Shown: positions 10,700 through 21,322 of the stretch, piece by piece
Layout: each line of letters opens with the position of its first letter
How positions within the stretch are numbered: the first letter of the stretch is position 1
NCBI RefSeq assembly: GCF_006345805.1
Contig: NC_042998.1
Location: 134,912,001 to 134,976,000 of the forward strand
DNA length: 64,000 nucleotides
Direction: 5' to 3'
DNA from: Octopus sinensis
Taxonomy: Eukaryota
Notes under the pieces: generated by a model
The model's input: the letters and a program-made list of their open reading frames with translations, nothing else
Database searches by the model: none
Told to the model about the DNA's origin: nothing
Translations under genes and position numbers: made by a program

Positions 10700-11245
10700 C
10701 GAGGGTGAGCCAAAAAGTAAAGCCATTTCGTTCAGGACAGGTATAATTACCAACACAAGAACATGTATCATACATCAAAATGAAGCTGGTCTTCTGTAGA
10801 TCACATCCCCTCTTCTCAACATAGTCACCGTTTCTCTCAATAGCAATGTTCCACCGTCGAATGGGAGCGTCTCTCCCTGCCCCGTAAAATTCTGCTGACT
10901 GTTCTTTGAGCCACTTCTTCACAACAGTTTTCCCTCTCCCATCACTTGAATGATGTTTACTTCTCAAACCCTCTTTCATGGGGCCGAAGAAATGATAGCC
11001 CAGTGGCGAGGAAGTGAAAACTGTTGTGAAGTGGCTCAAAGAACAATCAACAGAATTTTACGGGGCAGGGATACATGCTCTCATTCGAAGGTGGAACATT
11101 GTTATTGAGGGAAACGGTGACTATGTTGAGAAGTGAGGACGTGATCCACAGAGGACCAGCTTCATTTTGATGTATGATACATGTTCCTGTGTTGGTAATT
11201 ATACCTGTCCTAAGCAAAATGGTATTACTTTTTGACTCACCCTCG
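10700..11245. mobile_element. Fold-back mariner element made of two inverted 3' ends
   Basis: TIRs with TA flanks (10698-10699, 11246-11247). Both arms encode the transposase C-terminus (KWLKEQS.EFY...RRWNI.IE.NGDYVEK) in opposite directions; junction near 11000. Confidence 0.85.
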
Positions 11246-11270
11246 TATATATGTATGTATGTCATATATA

Positions 11271-11301
<31 letters not shown>

Positions 11302-11331
11302 CATACATACATACATACATACATACATACA

Positions 11332-11364
<33 letters not shown>

Positions 11365-11410
11365 CGTCAGTGAATCATAAATCCGAAAAACAGTACACTC
11401 CAAGTTATAG

Positions 11411-12192
11411 GGCAGGAAAGTGCCTTGACCGGTAACCCTTTCGATACAGACAGGTAAAAATTGACTGTGTTGAACTGGATGAATCTTGTTCTGCTTCTCC
11501 CCTTGTTGGTATGCAATCACGTCGTTGGTGCTACGCCATGGGGAGAGGTTGGTGACTCTCCTTATGTCGATGTTGATGTTCTTCAGTATGTGTTTACTCG
11601 CCAGACCGATTTCGGATTAGGCCGGGATTTGGAGTTAGAGACAAAGTTCGAGTTATGGTCTTTGATAGTAATAAATACGTTCCTTTTTGCTGAAATCTCT
11701 ATCCTATCTGCTATATCTAAGTCGTTAGCTAATTGTTTAGCTTCGCATGTTGTTGTATGCGTGTGGGGAAGTGTACCTATAGTTCTGTGTAATATTGCTT
11801 TCTAACAGCCTGTCATAAGTATGGGTGTCTATCCTATATAGATTTTTAGTCTTATCTGAGGTGATTAGGGACCTGCCGGAATTGTTTTGTAGTCTAATGT
11901 CATCATGGAGCTTACTTTGGGAGGAGAAAGAGGACTTACGGAATTTTAGCCTGGGAATGATGCCCAGTAGGTCTGCTTTGAAGGGCTCGAGGCCCATGAT
12001 CCTGGGTGGGTACTTTCTTGATTTAATCCCGTACATGCTGTTCTCCGAGGATGGCGTGGCTATGTTGTGGTAGGAGGTTTTCCATCGCATTCACCTTATT
12101 ACGTCCATTTTTTCCAGTAGAATTCGAATGTACAGCTTGTCAGATTGTGTAGGGATGTTCTTAGTGAAGTAGGCGAGGTCAAAACGTTCCAT
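11411..12192 (-). pseudogene. N-terminal part of a Penelope-like element reverse transcriptase ORF (decayed)
   Basis: From ATG 12192: FTKNIP, MRWK, SDKTKNLY, FITIKDH, NPKS and RFIQFNTVNFY motifs across frameshifts, as in PLE RT N-termini. Confidence 0.75.
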
Positions 12193-12274
12193 ATTTTTTT
12201 AAGAGACTTAGTGATTTCCATGAATAAGTAGAAGCGCCGCCTGCCGGACAGCCCTATCTTTGTCTGTCTATGTA

Positions 12275-13131
12275 CGTGGTGCGTTAAAAAAGTATCAGAC
12301 TATTTTTTCCTGCCAAAAATAATGCCTCGTTAGCAAAATTCTTTGAGTGGGAGGTGATGTCACTCTTTCTGCGCGTTAGTTCCGTCTGTTACTCCTAGAG
12401 TACAAAAGTACAAATGTGTAGTGTGCTTTCGTTGCATTTTCGTTTTCATGCAAGATGACCGAATGCACCGATCAGAGACCATAAAAACATTTCATCACCG
12501 GTGATGATGGTCTTCATGAAGTTTTAGGCGTGGTTTATGCATTCCAGCATGTCCTGAGCGATTTCATTACGGAGTTGTTGCTTCTACTTCGCTAGCACTT
12601 TTGGGACGAATTTCACCGACTCTCTCCGATGCACAAATCCTTTGTTAAAATGAAATGCACTGACCATGTACTTATTCCCACATCGTGAGAAATTCCCTGG
12701 ATTGTTACACGACAATCGTTTCGACTTCTGGATGGCCTGCCTGAGCACTCGTCGCTCTCCACTGAGGTACGGCCAAACTGAAGCGATTGCACCACTCCTT
12801 AATCTGAGTTCTGCCCATGGCATCATCGCCAACAGCCTGGTGAATCTTCTGGATGGTTTGAGATTGAGTGTCACAAAGCTTTTGGCAAAATCTGATAAAA
12901 TATCTCTGCTCGATGCATTCGGTCATCTTACGTGAAAACGAAAATCCGACAAGTGCGTACTACACATCTGTTCTCTAGGCGCAACAGCCGGGAACTGACG
13001 CGGCCTACTGGCACCAAAATTTTCTGGCATGCGCAGGAAGGGTGGCGTCACCTCCCACCCAAAGGATTTTATCCTCGCGACATTAATCTTTTTGAGAAAA
13101 ATAAAGTCTGATACTTTTTGAATGAACCTCG
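12275..13131. mobile_element. Fold-back mariner element made of two inverted 5' ends
   Basis: TIRs CGTGGTGCGTTAAAAAAGTATCAGACT and (inverse) CGAGGTTCATTCAAAAAGTATCAGACT, TA-flanked. The minus strand encodes MTECIEQR through KFVPK to IITGDE; the plus-strand arm restarts ATGACCGAATGCAC near 12453. Confidence 0.8.
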
Positions 13132-13144
13132 TACATACATACTT

Positions 13145-13590
13145 AGGCGTAGGAGTGGCTGTGTGGTAAGTAGTTTGCTTACGAACCACATAGTTCCGGG
13201 TTCAGTCCCACTGCGTGGCACCTTGGGCAAGTGTCTTCTACTATAGCCTCAGGCCGACCAAAGCTTTGTGAGTGGATTTGGTAGACGGAAACTGAAAGAA
13301 GCCCGTCGAATATATGTATGTATATATGTGTGTGTATGTGTGTATGTGTGTATGTATGTGTGTGTATATGTTTGTGTGTCTGTGTTTGTCCCCCCAACAT
13401 CGCTTGACAACCGATGCTGGTGTGGTTACGTCCCCGTAACTTAGCGGTTCGGCAAAAGAGACCGATTGAATAAGTACTAGGCTTACAAAGAATAAGTCCT
13501 GGGGTCGATTTGCTCGACTACAGGCGGTGCTCCAGCATGGCCACAATCAAATGACTGAAACAAGTAAAAGAGTAAAGAGAGTAAGAGTAT
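13145..13590 (+). mobile_element. Full-length abundant tRNA-derived SINE with an internal microsatellite
   Basis: tRNA-like head (TGGCTGTGTGG, GGTTCAGTCC), CTTGGGCAAGTGTCTT central domain, internal (TG/TA)n tract, LINE-like tail at 13523-13561 and GAGTAAA repeats; many copies in the window. Confidence 0.85.
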
Positions 13591-13663
13591 ACATACATAC
13601 ATACATACATACATACATACATACATACATACATACATACATACATACATACGTACGTATATC

Positions 13664-13779
13664 TTTTTTCTTCACCATTCCTGTAATAAAATACGCACAC
13701 AACACTACTACTACGCACACAACACTGCTACGTAGTAGTGTTGTGTGCGTGTTTTATTACAGGGATGGTGAAGAAAAAA
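13664..13779. repeat. 116-bp hairpin (48-bp arms) with a 20-nt internal duplication
   Basis: 13664-13711 is the inverse of 13732-13779 with 2 mismatches; 13712-13731 duplicates 13692-13711. Confidence 0.85.
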
Positions 13780-14063
13780 TAAAAATCTAGTATTCATATT
13801 TGTTAACTGAAATTTGCATTATCCAGTATTTCGAGTTTGACGTTTTTCATCTTCGCACTATATTGAATGGTATAAAAGGATTAAATATAAAGACAACAAA
13901 CGGAAAATATGACATACCTATATATATAGTTCAAAAATACGTGTAGTAAATAAACAAACGAACATATACTAAATACGCAGGCGAACAGAAACCACAGAAG
14001 GTCACCAATTCTTCATCAGTTGTCGGCCAGAAGGTCAAACGCAATTTCACCCATTATTGATAA

Positions 14064-14461
14064 CTAGCAGTATCGCCCGGCGTTGCTCGGGTTTGTAAGG
14101 GAAATAACTATATAAGCATTTTTAGAGAGTTATAGCCAAAAAATAGCAAAAAAATGCATTAAAAAATGGGAAAAAAATTATGGTAAATTTTTTTTTAAAT
14201 CGTTGACTCATCGTAGACATTTTTAGAGAGTTACTTCGCTTATATAATAGCGAAAAAATGCACTAAAATGGAAAAAAATGATGGTAATTTTTTTTTAAAT
14301 CGTAGACTCATTGTAGACGCACGCTAATACCCAGAAGGGCTCGATATGAATCACGACTATAAGATACCCGCTTTTGGTTACACTGCACCGCAAAATGTGG
14401 GAGTAGTTAGGAATCTAAATCGTAGGAGACAGACACACAACCTCACTTTTATATATAAAGA
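14064..14461 (-). mobile_element. Non-autonomous Helitron
   Basis: Minus strand A|TC...CTAG|T termini; subterminal hairpin CCCG-AGCAACGC-CGGG (14076-14091); second copy at 63839-64000. Confidence 0.85.
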
Positions 14462-14686
14462 TATTACTTCCACTCTGGAGGCACCGACAAGAAACTTACC
14501 GGGAATGTTTCCAAAACATAACAAAACGAGACCGTTAGTGGACGGACGAGGGACAAAACAATAAACAAAATAAAGGTTTAGGGCCATACGAAGACAACAA
14601 TTAATAATGATAACATAAAATAAAAAGCCTTAGGGGTGCAAGATAAGACATAAGTGGGTACCGCGAAGGAGAAATGAAAACTGTCC

Positions 14687-15115
14687 TTAAGTTAAGTTAA
14701 TTTTGGCTCAAAAAGCAAAAAGCAAGGCCATGTAGGGGGACATGGAGTTATGTACAGGGGTGTTCGTGCGAAGAGTTCAGGCCATTTCTGGTCAAGAGAG
14801 ACTTTGAATCGAGCGGTCGTCGGCATCTTCACTATCTCGTCCGGCAGCTTATTCCACGGATCCGCAATCCGGACGGAGAAAGCCCCTCTCCTTCGATTGA
14901 GATGAAATCGTCGCAGATAGAGCTTTTCGGAGTGACCCCGCAGCCTACGATCTGGAACAGGAGTGAAGAACAGCTCTTTCGAGAGGTTACACTTTCCGCT
15001 TATGGTGTTGTGAGCAAGAATGAGATCACCACGGCGTCGTCGTTTTTCTAGAGAATAACGGTCGAGCGTCTTCAGCTTTTCTTCCTAAGACAAATGCTTG
15101 AGACCAAGGACTATA
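14687..15115 (-). mobile_element. 3' fragment of a CR1-type LINE (family C)
   Basis: VLGLKHLS..YSLEKRRRRGDLI..FSVRIADPWNKLP..KWPELF C-terminus; 3' UTR with CATGGCC (14726-14732) and a (TTAAC)n tail. Confidence 0.85.
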
Positions 15116-15499
15116 GACACGGGAGGGGTAGAGCGAGGAGCTCAGAAAATTGTGTCCAGTGCGGTCGAAGGCAACGCAAAAAAGAATGACACCACCTTAG
15201 GTCACCAAGGGTCACGTGATAGTGGGAGGAGGATAACAGAGATAGAGAGAGAAAGAGAAAGGAAATTAAGAGAAGCAAAGTAAAGGAAAGAGATAGAGTG
15301 GCACAAAAATATTCCAAGAAAATTTCTACAAATGGGTAAAAAAATTAGAGTGCGTGCGTTACATAAATAATATTTTCAGGATTAAATAAAAAGACAACAT
15401 ACGGAAAATATGACATACCTATATATATATATATATATATATATACTACATGTGTAGAAAATCAGTGTGTGTTTGTTGCGTTGTTAGCTAACTCCTCCT

Positions 15500-16190
15500 A
15501 CATTGTTTTATTGATTTTGATGAAATTTGGCACGTGAGTAGAATTCATGTCTGAAAACCTCGTTACATGCTTAGATTGTTGAAAAAAATCGATAATACGG
15601 CCTCTGGAAGGACCTTTATATCTACCTCATATAACTATTTTTTTTTAAACACCCAAGGGAAATTATCCATTGCACCTGTACAATATCTTTTTTAAACACA
15701 CAAGGAAAATAACCCATTTCATTGTTTATGTTCGATTACTTTGAATATTGATTTTTTGTGTGTCCTATTTCTAATTTTTGCAGACAATATCACTTCTATA
15801 CTTTATTTGACACGTGAGTAGAACTCATGTCTGGAAACCTCGTGACATATATTATCAAAAAAAATCGATGAAAGGGCCCTTCCAATGGATCCTTCTATCT
15901 ACTACATATTACTAGTATTTTATTTAAACAACTAAATGAAAATAACCCATACGACCTGCAGTTTTTAGCGAAGTGATCAATATTTGATTCACACAATCAG
16001 CCGACCTAATTCTGTATTTCACTACTCACAGTTTTGAACTACTAAACATTATTATTGCACTTCCTTAATTTGAATCTTAAACCTTAAAGACGTCATTCAT
16101 ACATTTCTATACATACATACTTTTTTGAATGCTCAATACTCCGATAATTCTGTATTTTACAGTTACACTTTTTCCATAACAGTAGATAAA
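15500..16190. repeat. Interspersed repeat with internal duplication, unclassified
   Basis: 15525-15710 resembles 15810-15950; extended similarity to 40195-40860. Confidence 0.6.
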
Positions 16191-16423
16191 TTTTTTATGC
16201 CTTATCTCTACTAAGTTTACAAGCTCATGTGTTACGTAAGACTAATTTTGAGGATCTGATCAAAGACTCTGCAATTAAAAAATAAATTTTTCTGATGTAA
16301 ATAAAGTGGAAGTATACAAAAATAAATATTACTTTCGATCTTACTGTTAGTCTTGTTTCATTGTGCAAACTAAAGATGCATTTTATGGTTTATTGTTGTT
16401 TATATCTTGAATTACACCACACA

Positions 16424-16498
<75 letters not shown>

Positions 16499-16595
16499 TT
16501 TGATACTTTGATACTTTGATACTTTGATAGGTTTCGGCCATTATTGGCCCAGGCCATGTCTAACTTAATAGCACCACCTGGTGAAGTCTTTCAAG

Positions 16596-19500
16596 TCAGA
16601 ATTTGGGCACTATGGCCCACTCAAGTAGAGAGTTATTGTTTACAGAGACATATCCGGGTGTAGGGGGTTTATCCGGGATTTCTTGAAGGAATCTGTCCAA
16701 AGACTTCTTGAACCCTATAGGGTCAGTTTCTGTTTTAATGTGTTTTGGTGTAATGTTAAAGAGAGCGGGGCCAATTGAGGTGAAATAATTGTGCCGTATT
16801 GTTGTTATGAGATGAGAGTGCGATTTTTGTTTTGGGCGGATGGCACGGGGCCCAAGCCTTGGATGTACCTTAAAGGTGATGCCAACATCATTTGGGCAAT
16901 GCTGATGGAATATTTTCCACATCATGCAGATGATGTAGCGCTCACGACGACGTTGGAGAGAATAGAGTTTTAGCTTTTCTAGCCGACCCCAATAGTCGAG
17001 GCCTGTCATGCCATCTATCTTTTTTGTGATTGCCCTTTGAGGTGCTTCAACTTTTATGATACCTTGTATTGTGTGGGGAGACCACAGTGGACAACAGTAT
17101 TCAAGGTGGGGTCGGGCAAAAGTGGAGAAGTGAAGGATAATGGTGTGGATATCTCTCGACTGGAAAGTTCTGAGAATCCAGGAACACATTCTGCGGGCCA
17201 TGTCAACTTTGGTGTTTATATGAGTGGCCCAGCTTACGTTGTTGTCCACAATTACTCCCAAGTCTCTGATGTTGTTGGACGCCGCGAGAGTTTCACCTGA
17301 AGGAAGGGAGTATGGGAGTTTCAGGGCATCCTCTTTTCCAAAGTGGATTAACTCAAATTTATCCTCGTTCAGCAGCATATTGTTTTTTCTGCCCATTGGA
17401 TAACAGCCAGTAGATCTGACTGAAGGCATGTCCGGTCACTCGCCTCATTTATGACCTTCTGTAGCTTGGAATCATCTGCAAAGATTTTTATGTTGCTGTG
17501 CTTGATGATGTCATTAATGTCATTAATGTAGATGATGAAGAGAAGTGGGCCCAGCACAGTGCCTTGCGGAACGCCACTACTGACTTTGGCTGGGCTTGAT
17601 TTTACCCCTTCAACTACAACATGTTGAGATCTGTCTGTCAGGAAACACTTGATCCATTTCAGTAACTTTCCTGAGACACCAATGTTGGATAGTTTTTTCA
17701 ATAGGATCTTGTGATCGACCCTGTCGAAGGCCTTACTGAAATCAAGGTAGATGACATCGGTGTTGGAGCCCTCTCCCAAAGCTCTCAAAATGTCATCAAA
17801 GTGATGCAGGAGCTGCGTTAGGCAGTCCCTTCCATTACGGAACCCATTGGTTGTAGAGATCAGCCGCCTGTTGCTTTCCAGAAATTGGGTTATTCGAGAT
17901 CTCACACCCTCTCAAATACCTTGATGATATGAGAGGTGAGTGAGATCAGACGGTAGTTCACTGCAAGGGACTTGTTTCCCTTTTTGAAAACTGGGACACA
18001 GACTGGGACAGAAGGTTTTTTGGAATATAGCCAGCATCCAGTGAGTTTCTCCACAGATTAGCAAGGGGAGATGCAAGTTGGTGTCGACACACCTTCAGGA
18101 CACAAGCAGGGAACCTATCGGGGCCTACTGCTGAATTGTGTTTTACTTCATTTATCGCCGCTAAGACATCAGGGGCACTAAACGTTATGTCCGATATAGT
18201 GTGTTGGGGGTTGACATCACTGATACAGCCCAGATCGGCCATATCAGGATTGCCGAAAACAGAGCAGTATTGTTTCTGCAGTATCTCGGCCATGGATTTG
18301 GCATTATCTTGGAGAGTGCCAGTTTCATCAATTAGAGGGCCAACAATGGAGACAGTGACCCTGCGTTTCCTCGCAAATGAAAAGAACACTTTGGGGTTGA
18401 GTTTGATTTTTTCAATGGCCCACTTCTCCTCAGCTGATCTTTGGTTATTGATGAGGGTCTTCATGCTTGTTGGAGGTTATATTTTTTGGATTCAAGCAGT
18501 GCGATAGCCGTCGAATGTGTGTGTTGCTGTTGGCAGTACTTTAGTTTGTTAATTTTTTTGTTTGTTCTTTTTATTTTTCTGATAATGGTTTTTCTGTTTT
18601 GGGGGATTCTGCACATTTTGTTCACGTTCAGGTCTTGGTGGGGAGTGTTTTGCACATATGTCTGTGACGGTGTCTACAAAGATCTGCCAAGATGTTTTAT
18701 GGTTGGTGGAGATGTGTGTATGTGTAAAGGACCAGTCAACATGTGATAGCTCGTTCCTGATTGCATCCCAGTTGGCATTATGGAGATCCATGTTGTCAAA
18801 TGGGTGGGCTGGAGGGAGGTCACTAGGATTAGCTTTCGGCTGGTGGAATTTCATGTTACAGAGAACCATGTCATGGTCTGAAAGAAGGGTTTTTTCCACT
18901 GTAACGTTATGTATAGTGTTAGTGTGGTTACTAAACACTAGGTCCAAAATGTTCTTCTGATGTCTTGTTGGTGCAAGGACAGGTGGGACAAGAAAAACTC
19001 ATTCGTAAAGTCGAAAAGTGACTCTGCTGCTTCTTTGTCAGCGGTTGAGGCGGGAGTGCTTGGTTTCAAACAGTTTGTAGTCCAGTCAACACAGGGTAGA
19101 TTGAAGTCTCCCATCATGAGTAGGTTGCTAGAATGGCACTGTTGAATAAAGCACTTAATGCTGTTGAGGCATTCTTTAAAGCACAGTATGGGTGTTTGGG
19201 GGGCGGCCTATAGAGCCCAATTACTGTCAGGTCATTGGCTTTGTTGTGCACGGTGACTGATTTACAGTAGCCGTTGGAGAATATACTATTTCCATCTGCC
19301 GTAAACGAATCATGCAGGAAAATGGCAGTTCCACCCTTCCTTCTGCCGATACGATCCGCGCGGATGGTTGTGAAATTCTTCACTCTCACTTCGGCTTCCA
19401 AGTGGGAGTTGTCAAGGTGGGTCTCAGTGAGAATGAAGAAAGGGATGTGGTGTGGATGGTTACCAACCCAGTCTTCAATGAATTGGACCTTCCATTTTTG

Positions 19501-19635
19501 TGCATTGATGGAAGGGCTGACACCTTGTGCATTGAGTAGAAATGTGGAGGTTAGTGTAGTGGCTGGTTTTGACTGTTGCAGGGGGCTTGGATTTTTTGTG
19601 TGTGTTAGTGGCAGCAATGTGGGGAATTGGTGCAC
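16596..19635 (-). pseudogene. LINE ORF2: AP endonuclease and reverse transcriptase, frameshifted
   Basis: LLNAQG, LTETHL, RADRIGRRKGG, LYRPP, GDFNLP (APE); YLDFSKAFD, GVPQGTVLGPLLF, FADD (RT); LYSLQRRRERY. Split across several ORF-track pieces by small indels. Confidence 0.9.
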
Positions 19636-20825
19636 TGGGGTAATAGCATAGGATGGTGTTGAGTGATGGCTAGAATGTTTTTGTGTATCTCTTTTGCCAT
19701 GTTCAACATGGCTAAAAAAGAATTTTCCTGCTTAGGGAGCAGTTTTTGGCTGGAGGTGTGGATAGGGTTGTAGTTTCCACTTTTGTTGTTGTTGTTTTTG
19801 TGTCTTCCTGAAAAGACTGGACCAGCATTACTGCAGCATGGTGTGTTTTTATTTTTATTTTTATTCAGGTTTGTGTGTTGGCTTGAAGCCCCGTTTCTGT
19901 TTGTGCGTCGGGTCCCCGGAAGATGAGTGAAGGGACAGTCACTCAGCAGACATATTCTCTCACGTTGGGAATACCGGCAGATTTTGGGACTCCGAGTTGT
20001 GTGTGTTTTAAATTTCGATTTACTATTTGGTGGTGTTGATGTTATTGTGGGATGCGTGCTTTGGCCTTGGCCGGTAGTGCGTCTAGTGCCAGGTAGATGT
20101 GTGAAGATGCAGTCACTATTTGTGCAGAGTCTCTGGCGCAGTGAATAGCGGCATATTTTGGGATTTCTTGTTTGTGCCGTGGGGGGCGCATTCTGCTTCA
20201 TATGTTTCTTTAAGTTTTTGTTACTGCAGTAGTATTGAGGTGGTGATGTGGGGGAAGAGAGCAGTGGTTTCTTATTTGATTTTTTGTTGGTATTTTTGGT
20301 GATAGAAGACGGTGGTGGCAGCGGTGGTGATGATGATGATAATTGTGGTGGTTGCCGTGAGAGCGGTGAAAAGATACTGGCATTCAGTGAATCATCTAGT
20401 ATGCTAGAGTTGAGGAGTGGCTGTTGTTGTTCTTGTTGCTGTTGTTGTTCTTGTTGCTGTTGTTGTTGTTGTTGTGCTTGACCGATGTTAGGGTCAGCTA
20501 TTGTGCTGAGAACTAGGAGTGGCTCATTCTGTTGTTGTTGTGGCTGTTGATTTTGTAGCTATTGCTCTTCTTGAACAGTGAAAATATAAAGAAGTTTTTC
20601 AAAATGGCTTTTTGTCAGTTTGAAAGCGGCTTCGATATGCTTCAGTTTGCTACGAATCTGTTTGACGGATCGTGTGTTGATTATTTGTGATGTTTTTTCG
20701 GCAATCTCATTCAAACATAAAACATTTAAATTTTCTGTTTGGGAAAGAGAGAACCAAGTGTTTATTAAAACATCAATTTCATTATCAGACCAATTTCGTC
20801 TGTTGCAGGCCTGCAAGTTAGTCAT
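19605..20825 (-). CDS. LINE ORF1 (~406 codons, one in-frame TAG): Myb/SANT-like domain, polyQ/Pro-Ser linker, two CCCH fingers
   Basis: Manual translation joins 20559..20825 and 19605..20201 in one frame through the TAG at 20559-20561. C-x8-C-x4-C-x3-H at 20097-20153 and 19923-19979, each followed by LPGTRR. Confidence 0.75.
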
Positions 20826-21178
20826 GTTTGTTTTTCTTTTGATTTTTTATATATATATATTCTTTCTTGGGAGTTAAAGAAGTGTATATATATAAAAATG
20901 TTCTCTCTTAAGGGTGTGAGTTTTTGATTATTTGGTTGTTTGAAGATATTAAAAGAAAAACAAGTGTATATAACAATTTGTAGTTAAATAAAAACGTACT
21001 TACGGGTTTGTAGGCAAACACGTGGTTACAAATATATATATATTTAAGGTCAGTTAAGTTTTGAAGCTGTGTAGCTTGCTACTGACTTGGGAGAGAGAAA
21101 CAAAAAGACGTCCGTCCAGTTCAACAGAGGCACTGATATATATATATATATACTTTATTTTAAGCAGCAGAAAATTCA

Positions 21179-21230
21179 ACAAAATCTGTTACTCTGAGTT
21201 TCTCGTTGCCGTTCATCAGACAGTTTTTGC
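21179..21230 (-). ncRNA. Type I hammerhead ribozyme in a PLE pseudo-LTR-like remnant (21153-21322)
   Basis: Stem I of 11 positions with one mismatch, CUGAUGA (21219-21213), A-CG-GCAA-CG-A stem II, GAAA (21202-21199), ACUCAGAGU stem III, GUA (A at 21190), then AAUAAA at 21159-21154. Confidence 0.7.
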
Positions 21231-21322
21231 TAGAATGGAACCGATATATCAATTCAATCTAGACTCTTACAAACGCTACACCTTTAAAAAAAATGGACTT
21301 GTTTGATTGGCCCTTTAGAAAA

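Larger units (their letters stand above)
16498..21135 (-). mobile_element. Full-length CR1-type LINE (family A, copy 1)
   Basis: ORF1 plus ORF2 (APE-RT); 3' GGCCA-ATAA-TGGCC hairpin and (TATCAAAG)4 tail at 16498-16529; inferred 5' end CAGTG at 21135; (TA)n at both ends. Confidence 0.9.

Noticed and set aside
14013-14019. CUGAUGA on the minus strand as a hammerhead core
   Set aside because: No downstream GAAA or stem II; at best a truncated remnant.
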